DNA of 64,000 nt from Massalongia carnosa (GCA_965645245.1 OZ287084.1:1364001-1428000); one strand, 5' to 3'; shown: positions 24,774 through 37,565, counted from the first letter of the stretch. The notes: generated by a model from the letters alone, not told the origin. Program-made: numbers and translations.

Positions 24774-26963
24774 ATGCGTTGGGGAGCCTCAGTTGTCTTT
24801 TCGTGCGTCATAAGCTTCAGCCACGCGGCTCCGGGGGAGCAAGCACCTTTGCTGGCAACCTCGGTGGGGAGGGACGGAGAAACAGGATCAGAGGTTTTCG
24901 CAACAAATAGGAATCTACATGGAAGGTTTCTGCACATTACAGGTATCTACTCCTCGATGCGTTGTGTGCGAGAACCTTGGGCTTATATATCCCCACTCCT
25001 AGATATACACCCCGACCCGTATTACAAGATCTACTCTTCAACCGAGGAGGAAGATGCCTGCCACTGGGGCATTGGACCAGCAGGGGCGTTCGGCGCCGAA
25101 ACAACCGATTGTGACTCCCCCATCGCACTGGTCAATGCGACCTTCAGGTGGATCGACGAGAACCTGAAAGATTCCATAGATTTCATCATCTGGGGCGGGG
25201 ACTCGGCGAGACATGATAACGACGAGGAGCTGCCCCGGACGGTGCGGCAGGTGGAGGATACGAATGAAATGCTGGTGAATAAGTTCGTTGAGGTGTTTGG
25301 GAAAAAGGACCGGACCAACGACACCGACCCCTTGAATGATTTCATCATCCCCATCGTGCCGACATTTGGAAACAACGACATCCTCCCACACAACATCATG
25401 GATCCGGGTCCGAACACATGGACGAAGGCCTTTCTACGGATATGGAGGCAGTTTATACCCGAGGAGCAAAGGCATGCCTTTGGGCGGGGAGGGTGGTTCT
25501 CGGTAGAGGTGATACCCAATCGACTCGCCGTCTTTAGCCTGAACACCCTTTATTTTTACGGCCACAACGCTGCAGTGAATGGATGTGCCAAAAAATCGGA
25601 AATAGGCTACGAGCAAATGGACTGGCTGCGGATTCAACTGCAGTTTATCCGGCAGCGGGGAATGAAGGCGATCATAATGGGGCACGTTCCACCTGGCAGG
25701 ACCGACACCAAACGCAGCTGGGATGAAACGTGTTGGCATAAGTATACCTTTTGGATGCAGCAGTATCGGGATTTGGTGGTGGGGTCGATATTTGGTCATA
25801 TGAATTTTGAGCATTTTATGTTGCAGGATTGGGAGACTATCGACGACGGGGCAATGAATGGGGACCTGGATCGATTTCAACGGACTGCATTGGACGAGGA
25901 GTTGACCGTACAATCGACTACGGACTATCTTACCCAATTACGCAAAGAATGGTCGCGAATTCCAGACCCAGAGAAGTTCGGACTAAATCCGACGAGCAAT
26001 GGAGATTTGGAGTTCATTGCTGCAAGTAAGAACAAGAAGCAGGAAAAGTCCAAAGCAGAAAGATATTACGACAAGATTGGAGGAGAATGGGCCGAACGCT
26101 ACAGCGTCACCCTTGTCACGGCCAGTGTCGTCCCGAACTATTTTCCTACTTTGCGGGTCGTTGAATATAATATCACCGGTCTCAATTCTCCATCCTTCGT
26201 CCAGGAAACGTGGGGAAGTGACCGTGACATTGCTCCTGCTGCCGCCCAACCAGAACATCCAGGTGAGGATGAAACGCCGATCGGCATTCAACACCACAGC
26301 GCCACAAAGCTCCGTAAAGCTAAGAAACCAAAATTCACCCCCCCGCTTCCTCCGTCGAAAACGGCTCCCCCAGGCCCAGCGTACTCGCCCCAAACCCTCA
26401 CATGGCTCAGCTACACCCAGTACTACGCTAACATCACCACGATTAATAACGATTTCTCCGCCGGCTCGGAGCTCGTCGAAGGCGAGGGCTGGCACAACGG
26501 CAAACATTCAGGCAAGCGCCCATCCGAAGGCAGCATCCCCAAACCACATTCCAAAAAGTTTGTTTTCGAGGTCGAATACGATACCAAAACCGACAAGGCG
26601 TATACGCTGAAGGACCTTACAGCGAGGAGCTGGCTGGGCCTGGCGGGTCGGATTGGGCGGTATCGATCTTGCGGGGACGTTGTTTCTGCTCGGGGGCAAA
26701 AGGCCGTCGATGATGACAACGGCGACTTAGGCGAGGACTGGAAAGCCGAAAGGGGAGTTGCTGTGGAGCAGAACAACAATGAAATGACGCTTTCATCCTC
26801 GAAAAAGGAGACGAGCAAGAAGCCGAAGAAGGACAAGAAGAAACATGACAGGCAAAGGAGACGCGAACGGCGCAAATCGATTCACAAAGCTTGGTTCTCC
26901 TTTGTGCGCCGTGCATATGTGGGCACTCGCGACGAAGACGACCTTTGGGAAGATTTTGCTTAA
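24774..26963 (+). CDS. PPN1: Endopolyphosphatase Ppn1 (calcineurin-like metallophosphoesterase); in-frame intron 24943-25002
   Basis: GRFLHITDIHPD (after splicing), DCDSP, WGGDSARHDND, PTFGNND, GHVPP, FGHMNFEHF, SVVPNYFPTLRVVEYN, YTQYYAN, FEVEYDT. Confidence 0.93.
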   Translation: MRWGASVVFSCVISFSHAAPGEQAPLLATSVGRDGETGSEVFATNRNLHGRFLHITGIYSSMRCVREPWAYISPLLDIHPDPYYKIYSSTEEEDACHWGIGPAGAFGAETTDCDSPIALVNATFRWIDENLKDSIDFIIWGGDSARHDNDEELPRTVRQVEDTNEMLVNKFVEVFGKKDRTNDTDPLNDFIIPIVPTFGNNDILPHNIMDPGPNTWTKAFLRIWRQFIPEEQRHAFGRGGWFSVEVIPNRLAVFSLNTLYFYGHNAAVNGCAKKSEIGYEQMDWLRIQLQFIRQRGMKAIIMGHVPPGRTDTKRSWDETCWHKYTFWMQQYRDLVVGSIFGHMNFEHFMLQDWETIDDGAMNGDLDRFQRTALDEELTVQSTTDYLTQLRKEWSRIPDPEKFGLNPTSNGDLEFIAASKNKKQEKSKAERYYDKIGGEWAERYSVTLVTASVVPNYFPTLRVVEYNITGLNSPSFVQETWGSDRDIAPAAAQPEHPGEDETPIGIQHHSATKLRKAKKPKFTPPLPPSKTAPPGPAYSPQTLTWLSYTQYYANITTINNDFSAGSELVEGEGWHNGKHSGKRPSEGSIPKPHSKKFVFEVEYDTKTDKAYTLKDLTARSWLGLAGRIGRYRSCGDVVSARGQKAVDDDNGDLGEDWKAERGVAVEQNNNEMTLSSSKKETSKKPKKDKKKHDRQRRRERRKSIHKAWFSFVRRAYVGTRDEDDLWEDFA

Positions 26964-29028
26964 GTGGAGCAAGTTCCTCTCTTGCAAAGGAATAAGCTTT
27001 TCCTGGTCTACAACGAACCTCGGAGACTGCTGAGAATCCGGCGCTGAGTTTTGCTTGAGTTTTGCTCCTCCATTTCGAAATCCCTATACCTGCTCCATAA
27101 CCCACGAGTGAGACGAAGTGAGACAAAGTAACGAACGAGAAAAAGGCATTGCGTCTTGTTCTTAGCTCTCGACATCTCTGCTATCTTGGATCCCTGAAGC
27201 TCCACCGCCGCGATGTGAATCGTGGAACCACTCTCCAACTTCTTGGTGAGCATCGAGGCTGATGCGTAGAAAGCAGTTTGGTAAACCACGTTAAAACTTA
27301 AACGAGGAACAGCTAAAGGCATTCGCATGGGGAAGATTTGTTGACGCGAGAGGCTCAAAGTCGGTATCTTTTAGTGATACATATTTATTTAAACCACATG
27401 GCTCAGTCTCTCGGTTCTCGGGTATCATTACGGAAACAGCACAAGCCCAGCGGCTAGGCGGCTCGGTTCAGCGGAGTTTTGGGCTCTTAGATGGGTATCT
27501 CAGTATCACAGGTGACCCGATCGATAAGGGAAAAGGAAAAGGGGGGGTTGGTGTTTTGCTTCGGAACCACGTCTCTGGAATGTAGACATATATCCATGGC
27601 TATAAAGTCGTTTAGTTTAGTTTAATGTATTATTTACTACTGATACACGTTCCGCATAAAAGCGATCCTTTTCCCTCAATCTTTTTATTTCGCCTCTTAT
27701 CAGTTAATCCCCCTTCATTTCATGTTCAATTCAATTCGGCCCCGTCCGTCTTTTCCTTCTTCGTCTATGCATACGTGCATATATAGACGCGAGCGGTTTG
27801 GTTAATTATGTACGAAGGAAGATGATGAACGCGGCGGAGACGGTTGGGTTGGTGAGCGAGGAAGGGAAGAATGATCATTTGCCATACATGAGAGAAAGAG
27901 ACAAAGAGGTAAAGAGAAACAAGAGTTCCGGATGATCAAAAGCGAGATTCAAAAAAATTATATATTTTTATTCTTCCATTCTCCTGTTCCATCCAGCTAT
28001 CTATCTATCTCCACATGTCCAGAGAACTGTGAGAAAGAAAGCGAGAGAGAGAGAGAGAGTGTGTGTGTGTCCACAGTCTCCTCCAACCATATCGTCCAGG
28101 ATGGATATGAAAGAAAGGGCAAAGAGCAATCGACCGGTGAACCGACATTTCTGTGGGGTTTCTCAAAAATGTTGAGATGCCAGCAACAGGATGTGACATC
28201 GCGTTCAAAAGCCGAAAGCCCATGAAATGGCCATCTCGGAACCAACTGCACGACTTAAACTCCAATGGGTGTCAGAAAGTACGAGTACCTATTGAAAACT
28301 ATCTGTGTGATCGCTCGGTTGGGATTTCGAATAACAACTGATCTCGACGAGTTTTAGGCAGGGCTCTCAAAAGCCTACCCAGCGTCAAAGGAGCGGTTAC
28401 AACCCATCATGACATTATCTAGGATTGGGGTTGTATTCGAGCGAAAGGCCCAAGGGCAGGGGGTTGACAATTGCTCAATGGTTTCCCGGGGCTTGATTGC
28501 GGTGCTTGGACGGAGTGTCCACTCCTCCAAATTTCGTCCTTGAGCTACCTGCTCTCAAAAGTGATGCGGCCGTAATCAATCTGCAGTCAACCTATCGCTT
28601 CCACTCCTGTTCCTGGAGAAAACCCTCCTTGAGACACAACGCGCGATGAGGTCCGCAGTCCAAGAGAATCCTTCCCCGATCGACGGTGGATGCGGTCGAG
28701 TTGGATCAGGAGAACGGAAGGTTCCGTTGCGGGAATAACGTCCAGTGGGATGGCTGTCGCCTACGATTTTGGCTCGCGCTTGGGGTTTATATGAATGGAC
28801 GAGGGAGAAATCTGGTTGGGTCTCGCCATCAGCCACGTTTTCACTTCAATCATCCTCTCTCAATTTCTTAAGAATGCGGGATATCTGGGATTGATTGTGA
28901 GCTATCGATATATCACTTACAGGTGCAGTTTAATGGATGCGACCGAAACGAGACGCCAAATTGTTCTGCCCTCTTCGATCATTGTCCCCTGCTTGCTCAT
29001 GGCCAATGATTGATATACAGCATGGCCT

Positions 29029-29991
29029 TCAATTACCGTCATCAAAAGGAAAGAAGCATTCCATCGGGTCTATGCTAAATGCAAGAGCAAGTTCTCTCAT
29101 GTCTAAGAGATCACCTGTTTGCATACTTTCAGAAATTTCGTCAGATGTTAAATGGAGCTGGTTGCCCAATGGGGATACATCCTCGGTTGGGAGAGTATAC
29201 GCTAGACTCCCCAGCGTAGGGGTTTTGGCTTCTAATATGTCCCAATATGGTTGAGGGGGTGGATCTAGTGGGTCTAACGAATTCGAGTTATACAACAGGT
29301 GTGCATAGTCTTGAGAGGCACTATTGAAGGAATCTAACCAGTTTAGGTCGAACCGCTTGGCCAGACACTGTATATTCCTTGGATCTACCTGGCTGTGCGG
29401 GGATACAATAGTGATACACACCGGCTGCTCGACGTCGTAGGGAGGGACCCTAATCGATATCGAGGTGGTTGAGGCGCGACCCGAGTTGTCATGCATCAAT
29501 GGACCTCTCGACACTTGCGGTGCATCTGCTTGAAGGCTTGAGTATTCAAGACTCATCGGATCCCCATCCTCGTTTGGACGCAGCACTTCTCCAACGCAGT
29601 CCGAGAAATTACCTATAGTTAGAGGAGCGGTATTGTACGCAACCAACTGGTCGAGCTCGTCGAAAGGTCTGCGGGGACTGGAACATGCTGCTCCTGTTCC
29701 GGATCAGCCGGCGGTGTTGATTCTATAGGTACTGAGGTTTCATGGTCGGGCCCGGTGCTTCTTGGACGGATTGGAGGCGATAACGGCGAAGGAACATTTG
29801 CTGCCTCTGCTATTCTGCGAGTGGCAAGCCTTTTCAAGACCTGATCGCGTGCTCGGGCTGGAGTTGAGTTTTCCACCACTCGACGTGGCCTATGGGTCTG
29901 ATTGCTTATCAGCCTCTCCATAGTGCTCTGGGTTGCCAAGCTATGGCTCTGGCTGCATGTGCACATACCCGCCGTTCTTCCAATAGCCATG
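29029..29991 (-). other. Possible hypothetical or frameshifted gene (two overlapping low-complexity ORFs)
   Basis: ORFs 29619-30014 and 29029-29646 overlap in different frames and have protein-like composition (basic RRVVENSTPARARDQVLKRLATRR, then acidic/Ser/Pro-rich). I found no intron that joins them and recognised no domain. Confidence 0.3.
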
Positions 29992-31467
29992 GGGTATTGC
30001 TGGAGATTGCACAAGAATATATTATCTATTCAATGTCCTTTACGGGGCAGAAGCGTGAAGTTGTTTGAGCTCGCGGAAGAGGCTGTGAAGGAGTTGTGAT
30101 TGAAGATGTATGATACGAGAACTCTACAAGAACGATAGCTCTTAAGTAGCCGAAACTTCCTGCCCAAGTCTCGTACATTTGTGTCGACACCGAAGCATAT
30201 ACTGACAGTGTGTGCCGAGAACCAGCACCAAGGCCAGCGCCAGCGGTCAACCGACATTGTTGCTGAGGGTTCACAAACTCCTTTGTTAGGCTTTGGCTGT
30301 GCTTCGTCATGCTTCGTCCGGCTTCTTCGAGTAGGTTTAGCGACGGGCCATCACATGATGGATTCGAGCGATAAAGTTGGAGTGCGTTGCGCGTGACGCG
30401 TCCAGCGTGCTGGATAGAGTAGGTGAGTAGGTACTCTGTACCGAGTACGGAGTACTTCGCCGAGTACGCTGAACAAGTACTCTGAACCGAGCACTGTATC
30501 GTATCTGGCCTTTTCGGCGTTCGTTATCGTTTCGGCGATTGCAGAAGGTCATTGAATTGGGGTAAGAAAAGCACCTGCCGCTGCTGACTCAGGTTTAGTT
30601 CACGATAACCGAGCGTCGAAGAGTGCCGAAACCGGCTTAGCGGACCCCCCTCCAGCGCAGGGTTCCTCTACCTGAAACACGCAGGGCGCAGCCAGTCCGT
30701 ATGGCCCGACCAATCCGAGACGTGCAACGACTGATGACATCAATGAAGTAGCTTCGCAACTGCCATGATGCGAGACCCCTGTGCGTATCTGATGATCCTC
30801 TTGGCTGGGCTAATGCAGATGACTGCAAATGATTGGAAGCATGGCACATGTACTCTGTACTCTTTATTGCATGTAACGTGAACAAGGTTTGAAAGAAACC
30901 AGAAACCGGACACCAGGTGCAAGATACTTGGGACAATCCTAGGGACAAAGGGCGATAGACAGGGGGGCACAAGCGGAGACCGAAGCTGCAGCCGGGGACA
31001 AGAAAGGGCTGGCTGAATGGAAACCCTGAATGGAAAACCCTGAATGGGAAACCCTGAATGGAAGGGAAGGAAGGAAGGCTCCGCTGACGTTCAGTGCAAA
31101 ACCGTGAATAGTTAACTCGGCACGGAAAAGAGAGACCGGAAGACGATCCTCCGTCCGTACACAAGTACACTAAGAACACCGTACGAGAGAGCTAACACCT
31201 CGTGGCCTTTTCGCTTCCTTTCCTCCTCCCATTGACTGTCAAACTCCGCCTTCAACAAAGCTCAGCTCATCGAAGAAGCGAAGCTGCGAAAACAATCACG
31301 AATGAATCCACACCACCAAGCACCAGCGAAGCATCATTCGTGCACCACTCTGTAACCCCAACCCCGAACCCCCCCCCCCCCACACCATCACCTTCTACCG
31401 CGACACAAGGTATCTGCCAGGAAACAAAGAAAGAACGAAAAATAAAGAAATAGACGCCGCTTTCACA

Positions 31468-31902
31468 ATGCGACCATGGATGGTAATACCGTGTCACATC
31501 CTCCTTCTCTCGTTCGCCTTGCGGATCCTCGCACAAACAGCCACCGACTATCCCCAATGCTGGCACGCCTGTCTCGTAACCAACAAAATCAACTGCCAGG
31601 ATGCAGACTTTGACTGTTCGTCTCCCCTCGTCTTCCCCGCCACGCCCCTACTTACACGGCTGCTGCAGGTGTCTGCCAATCGACCACCTCGCTCTCCACC
31701 CTAATCACTTGCGTCACCACCTCGTGCCCCTCGCCTCCGGTCCTCGTGGCACCTCTCCAGCTCGCCTGCCCCGTCCTATCCTCCACCCAACTCCCCGGCG
31801 CCCACTCCGCTTTCACCGTTGAACGTCCAACCTTGCTGCTCGCCTCGCCCGCCTCGCTGACGGTCGTCAGCACCAGGACCGCCACCGGAAACCACGCCAC
31901 CA

Positions 31903-31933
<31 letters not shown>

Positions 31934-32051
31934 GAAGGCGAAGCAAGGGGGAGGGACCCTGTTGGACCTCTCGAACGTGGGCGCGAGGAGGCAAACGGGA
32001 AGCTTGCTGGGCTTAACCGTGGGGTTGTTGGCGGGAATCGCGTGGTTCTGA
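31468..32051 (+). CDS. Secreted, probably GPI-anchored CFEM-domain protein (intron 31616-31668)
   Basis: Signal peptide; the spliced product PQCWHACLVTNKINCQDADFDCVCQSTTSLSTLITCVTTSCPSPPVLVAPLQLAC has 8 Cys in CFEM-like spacing; Thr/Ala stalk; hydrophobic tail GLTVGLLAGIAWF. Confidence 0.82.
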
Positions 32052-34451
32052 TGAGGAAAACGCGCGATACAGCGGTAACGATTTGGGCGGGCCAGGACGT
32101 AATGGGCCACGAAGTCACGAGTGTGTTTATGTTCTTGGTTCGGCGATACCTAACTAGACCTGCGGTTTCACGGGGCGTGATGGGGGGGGGGAAAAGCATA
32201 CCTTTTGTGCGTGGCGTATACAGTTCTGCATGGGGATATATACCTATCTGGAAGGTTCGGTCCCGAGGTCCCAAAAGAAGATGTTGAGAGGGGGGGAAAT
32301 AAACTAATTATAAAAAAAACTTTTGTACCTTTCTAGCATTCATCCAACCCAACCATTCTCCCCTCCCGCCATCCCCCCATTCCTTCCTTTCTTCCCCTGT
32401 ATTTGCTCCGCTCCACTCTTCTCCGGTTTCATCCGGGGAAACGAAGAGGGAGACAACGAAGCTAGACCACGGAGGGAAAATATAAAAACCAAAATCCGGG
32501 AGAAAGGGAGAAAGAACACTGGAGATTGGCAGGCAGGCAGGCAGACAGGTAAGTAGTCTAACCCAGCCCAGCCATCGAGAAAAACACCCCCCTTACAGTA
32601 GAACCCCCCTATTCCTCCTTTCCTCCATTCATATACATTCCTATAATTTTGTTTATTTATCTACTTATTCGTAAGTTTGTTCGTACATACGATTCGGTAA
32701 GGAATATTACGCTATGCTATGCTATGTTTTTCGGAATGGGGATCGGGTGGGGTTGTGTTGTGTGGGGAGTGGGATGGGAAGGGAAGGGTGGTGTGAAAGA
32801 TGTCGGGGGGGGGAATGATAGGAAAGTACCCCGTTGCCACAATCGATCAGTCTGCTAAATCTTTCCCTGCAGCGCCGATGATGGCGGCGCCCATTCGAGC
32901 CTTGCACTTTCCGGGAGGCGGTGGGATGGGATTTGCTCTTGCCGGGATTTCTTTGGGGCAGGAAGAGAGGAAACATTTTGAATCGTAATTCATTTCGGTC
33001 GTTAAGAGAGGGAGATGAAGGAGCAGGTGAATCGATCGTCGTACTTCACTCTGTAGAGTGTCGAAAGATGAATGATGTGAGATCGACGACTGGATAAAGG
33101 GAGGTGGTAGTTAGGAATCGAGAGGATTATGCTCCTACATAACTATCCGTGTTTTTTTGTGAGATTTTTGGAGATGAATGATAACCGACTCTTGATGTTT
33201 TCCTTGATGGGTGAGTTAGGACTAACCCTCTCGTCGAACGTGGAAGTGATGATTCACGTACGTTATGTTTTTATCGAGGTTTGATACATCACTATTGCTC
33301 TGACTTGTTAATTTTTCAGACAGAATGTCAAAGACTTTGATATTAGTCACCTCACGCATTGAAGATTGATGAATCGCAAAAGTCCCCGTCGATGATCGAT
33401 CAAAACGTTACTCTTCATATTTTTTCCTCGTCGAGTGCGGAGGGATAGACAGAGCCAGCCATTGTTTACGGAGTAGTTAGCGGCAATAGATGCAGCTCCA
33501 ACCCTTGGGGAAAGTGAATAGAATAGTACTAGCAGTGAAAAAACATGGAGAGGACTTGACCAATTCGTCTTTCCTCGCCCCACGCTTCAAAGACTCTTCC
33601 ATATGCTTCAGCGAATAATTTGCGAGGCCCGGATTGGGATCATTTATCACGTTTAGCCATGAACGCCCCCCCGAGTCTTCTTCTTCGAGCCGTTCAGGGC
33701 ACCGACTTCATTCAATCGCTCCCGCTTCAACGCTTGATTAAATGCCTTAACCATCCCTCTCACCGTCATTCCCATTTCGGGCGGCCTGAAAATGTAACGG
33801 ATTGACCTGCAATGTCGGCGCCAGTTATGTCTCGATTGTTGCTCTATGGGTCAGCATTATGGAACAGTCAACGTTTCAGGAGTTTCGTGGTTGCATGCAT
33901 AACAAATCCTACTTCCAGGATGTTTTAATTCTGCGACGTTACACTGATCTTCGTGTGTTAATATGAACAGTTGACGGCATAATGACGAAGTTGCTACGGA
34001 GGTGACTGCGTGCAGGGCTGAGTTAATTAATACAAATGGGGTTAAGCGAGTATGTACTCCATAAAAATTGTGAAAATTCTTCAAATTTATATTTTTCAGA
34101 TCTGTTTATGATTTCGAAGACATCATATCATCATCTGCGAAGTGTACAGATATAGCGAACGCCCTGGAACTCTTGCGTTGGTCGTAGATATTCCGTGATC
34201 GTCGAAGAAAAATGACTCATATTTTCTCGCGGTCTGCTCTCGAGTGGTCGAACAGTCAATAACTGTTTAATCTCTTGACATTGGTCTTATATCTTTACGT
34301 TCATCTTCAAGCGCTACATCTTTGTTCAATAGATTTTCTAGGATTCTCTCATTTTGTTGTCTTGTGCCTTAAAAAATCTAGACGTTTTAGGTCTGGCAAT
34401 CCCACTTCAAACCGTTCATTTATCAAGTTCATAAAGAAGGCATTACGAGAG

Positions 34452-35891
34452 ATGGCAGACATTATGGAAGTCTATATTAGCGATGATGGCGTTGCAGGAC
34501 AAATCCCCGCCCTTTCACCCCTCGATCAGATCATGCCGCGGGTCTACACGCGCCTCGTTCTCTGTCTTCCAACCCCTCCAGCCTCTAAAGAAACCGATCA
34601 AACCATCTTTTCTGCTCTCAAGAAAGGCTTGCAGCAAACTCTGACGGAGATTCCATTGTTAGGCGGCCTATTAGATGGAGACAATGAAGATAGCGATAAA
34701 GTTCACATCACCCCCGGGCCTGGCGTCTTGCTGCGTTTGAAAAAGCTAACCGGTGACCCAAACTGGTCTTATCAAACGCTGAAGGATAAAAATTTCCCGC
34801 CTTCTAGCCTAGACGGCGATGTATTGGCTCCCGTTGCATGGATGCCATCTGGGCTTAAGCCCCCAGTCATGGCTGCCCAAGTCAATGTTCTCGATGGAGG
34901 TGTCCTCCTTGCAGTCTGTATTCATCACAGCGCAATGGATGCTGCAGGCTTCTCGACTGTTGTAAAGACCTGGGCCAAGCACACCATGTTGAGCTTCGAT
35001 GAAGACGTTCTAGAAAGCGTTGTGCCAGTTGGCTCAAGTTCGTTGGATAGAACTCCGCTTTGCGGAGAATCGGACGTGGGCCAGGTGGATCCAAAAATCA
35101 AAATCAAGCACCATCCCCAGTACAAGCTTGAGAGCTCTGCACCTCCACCCCCTCCTTCGAAACTGCCGGAAGAACCTGATCCTCTACCGCCCGCGCTCAC
35201 CCTTCCTGCCATGACAGCCACAATCTTCCATTTCTCTGCTGACCAGCTTGCGGCCCTCAAGTCATCAGTCAATCCCCCTACTTCCTTCGTGTCAACAAAC
35301 GACGCCCTCTGCGCACTCCTCTGGAGCTCTATTACCCGCGCTCGCAGCCTTCCCGACATCATAAAAGGATCTCAAGAGCCTGCATCGTCGCTGCTAGGCT
35401 TCGCAGTCGACGGCCGCCACCGGCTCAATCCCGCCCTCCCGCAATCTTATATCGGCAACGTGAACCTCTACGCCTCGACTCGCCTTCCAATCCCAACCCT
35501 CACCGACCCTTCCAAACTCAGCGCCGCCGCAACTGCCATTCGCGCAGCCATCACCGAAGTCGACAACAACCGCATCCGGGACGTCATCGCGCTCATCAAC
35601 TCCCTCTCCACCGTCACAGACCTGAAACCCGGCTTCAACTCCTTCCTCGGCCCGGACCTGGCCATCACTTCCTGGCGCGACATGGGCATCATGGGCCTGC
35701 ACTGGGGCGCTGGCCTCGGCGCCGTGGAAGCGGCGAGAGTCCCGAAGGCGGCCTTTGACGGTCTCTGCATCGTGCTGCCGGCGCTGGCGGATAGGGGGTT
35801 GGACGTTCTGGTCGGGTTGCAGGAGGGGGCGATGCGGAGGTTGGCGGCCGATGAGACGTTCTCGAAGTACGCTGAGGTGAGGTGTAGCTGA
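34452..35891 (+). CDS. CoA-dependent acyltransferase, Tri101/BAHD-like transferase family
   Basis: LSPLDQIMPRVY, PVMAAQVN..DGGVLL, catalytic HHSAMD (HxxxD), VSTNDALCALLW, YIGNV, TSWRD...WG.GLG. Confidence 0.9.
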   Translation: MADIMEVYISDDGVAGQIPALSPLDQIMPRVYTRLVLCLPTPPASKETDQTIFSALKKGLQQTLTEIPLLGGLLDGDNEDSDKVHITPGPGVLLRLKKLTGDPNWSYQTLKDKNFPPSSLDGDVLAPVAWMPSGLKPPVMAAQVNVLDGGVLLAVCIHHSAMDAAGFSTVVKTWAKHTMLSFDEDVLESVVPVGSSSLDRTPLCGESDVGQVDPKIKIKHHPQYKLESSAPPPPPSKLPEEPDPLPPALTLPAMTATIFHFSADQLAALKSSVNPPTSFVSTNDALCALLWSSITRARSLPDIIKGSQEPASSLLGFAVDGRHRLNPALPQSYIGNVNLYASTRLPIPTLTDPSKLSAAATAIRAAITEVDNNRIRDVIALINSLSTVTDLKPGFNSFLGPDLAITSWRDMGIMGLHWGAGLGAVEAARVPKAAFDGLCIVLPALADRGLDVLVGLQEGAMRRLAADETFSKYAEVRCS

Positions 35892-36716
35892 GCGGAAGCG
35901 GGGAGTTGAGATGAAACGACGAGGTTATCTTGTTCGGGCTTCAAGAACGACGGTGAAAAAGCGATAAACGGAGACGTTTAGGAAAGTCGTTTAGCCCCCC
36001 CCCCGGGTCAAGCGTGAAATACAACAGGAGCAAAATCCTCAGTCGTCCATTACTTCATTCATTCATTCATTCCACCAAGACAACAGAAAAACCGCAACCC
36101 ATAAGTTCCCTCGCCGATCACCTCCACTATCCATGACCCCGGGTTAGGCATAAATACCCACAAACACCATGCCCGCGCCACTTCCAGCAAGATTTATGTA
36201 TTCGTCCTCTTCCAAAACTGGTTGCGGGGACGATTTACATATCCAAATATCTACTTTTACCTATCTATCGAGTCAGTTAGCTAGCTAGCGACGCTAAAGC
36301 TATAATAAACACTCGGGTCCTGTGGCCCTATTCTCCCCCTAGAGTACTTCCCTATTTCCTATATCTCCAAAAAAAAACAAAAAAAAAACAAAACGTGAAA
36401 CTTCCTGAGGATATCTCTACGTTTAGATCTACGGCTTTCATTCAGATCAGGGATACATAGATAAATTCCTTGTTATACGATCCTTCGATGGATCTTGCGA
36501 GAGAAATATCCGAGCTCGTATTATATATAAACTATAAAAGAGGAGTCGGAAAAGCTTAGCTAATAGTCGTATCCAACGATCCCGGATCCAAGACTTTGTG
36601 TCCTTCAGTAATACGCTTACGCCAAAGCCCCTTGTCGGGAAAGTCAGTCAATCATCTCCTGAGCCAGCTATGTAACAGGAGACGTTATGTTGTCATCGAG
36701 CCGGGGATCTTGAATG

Positions 36717-37375
36717 CTAGTCCAAACAATGAGATGCCGGATGTTCAACTATCTCGTCATGAGTTGCATCTGCCATGGTCCCGTCTCCGCTCGTTCCATC
36801 CCTCCTGTTCTTGTCCCTGCGAGATTTGGCTCTCCTATCCTGTCCGGTTGGGCAAGTCGAAGGTTCTGATACGGGACCAGGATGGGGTTGAGGGTTGGGC
36901 CAGGGATGCTCAAGCTCGGGGAAATGTTTGAATGCAGAATCGAGAAGCGAGAATGGCTCTGTCTTACAGACATGTCCTTCTTGCCAGTGATTCTGATCAT
37001 GACGACGTATTCATATCAGTATTGCATACCAGTATTACCAAAACTTGGGCTTCTCGCCAGGCTTACGTCGAAGGCGGCACAACACCAGATTATATCTTCT
37101 ACATCCGGACATGGCTCGTCCCCCAATTCTGCGCAACTGTTAGCCGCATGCAACGTGAAATATATATAAATGGATGACATTTGAACATATCTGACCGAAC
37201 CATGAACGGGTAGAACCTTACTTTCGGTGCAAAATAGCACGATATCATCGGGAGCCTCATAGGCGTCTTGGGGGCAGCACAAGATAAATTCCAAAAGCGA
37301 GCAGGCTTGAGCGAAGGAAAGAAAGTTGGCTAAAAGTGTGGCAAGAATCGCAATGCAAGACAAAAGGAACCGCAT
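36717..37375 (-). CDS. Small secreted hydrophobin-like 8-Cys protein with a C-terminal extension (exons 37375-37222, 37128-37067, 36992-36717; 163 aa)
   Basis: Signal peptide MRFLLSCIAILATLLANFLSFAQA. Introns GTAAGG..GCTAAC..CAG and GTAAGC..CTGAT..CAG. The spliced mature protein has C-X7-CC-X14-C-X8-C-X8-CC-X12-C. Confidence 0.7.
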
Positions 37376-37565
37376 GTTATGATGATAGAGTCAGAATGCC
37401 TCTCTGTTCTTCTTGCTTTCTAAAAACCCTTGACCTCAACTTGAAATCAGAGGGACGATTTAAGTAAATGAAAAATGAGCAAAGCCAAAACAAAAGAAAC
37501 ACAAAAACCATGAACACTCATGAAATGCCGCATAGCGAAATTAGCCATCATCAAACTTTTTTCCC

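Noticed and set aside
34275..34451. N-terminal 59 aa of the 538-aa acyltransferase ORF
   Set aside because: Starts at TTG in AT-rich leader sequence; the first ATG at 34452 fits the family start (LSPLDQ shortly after).
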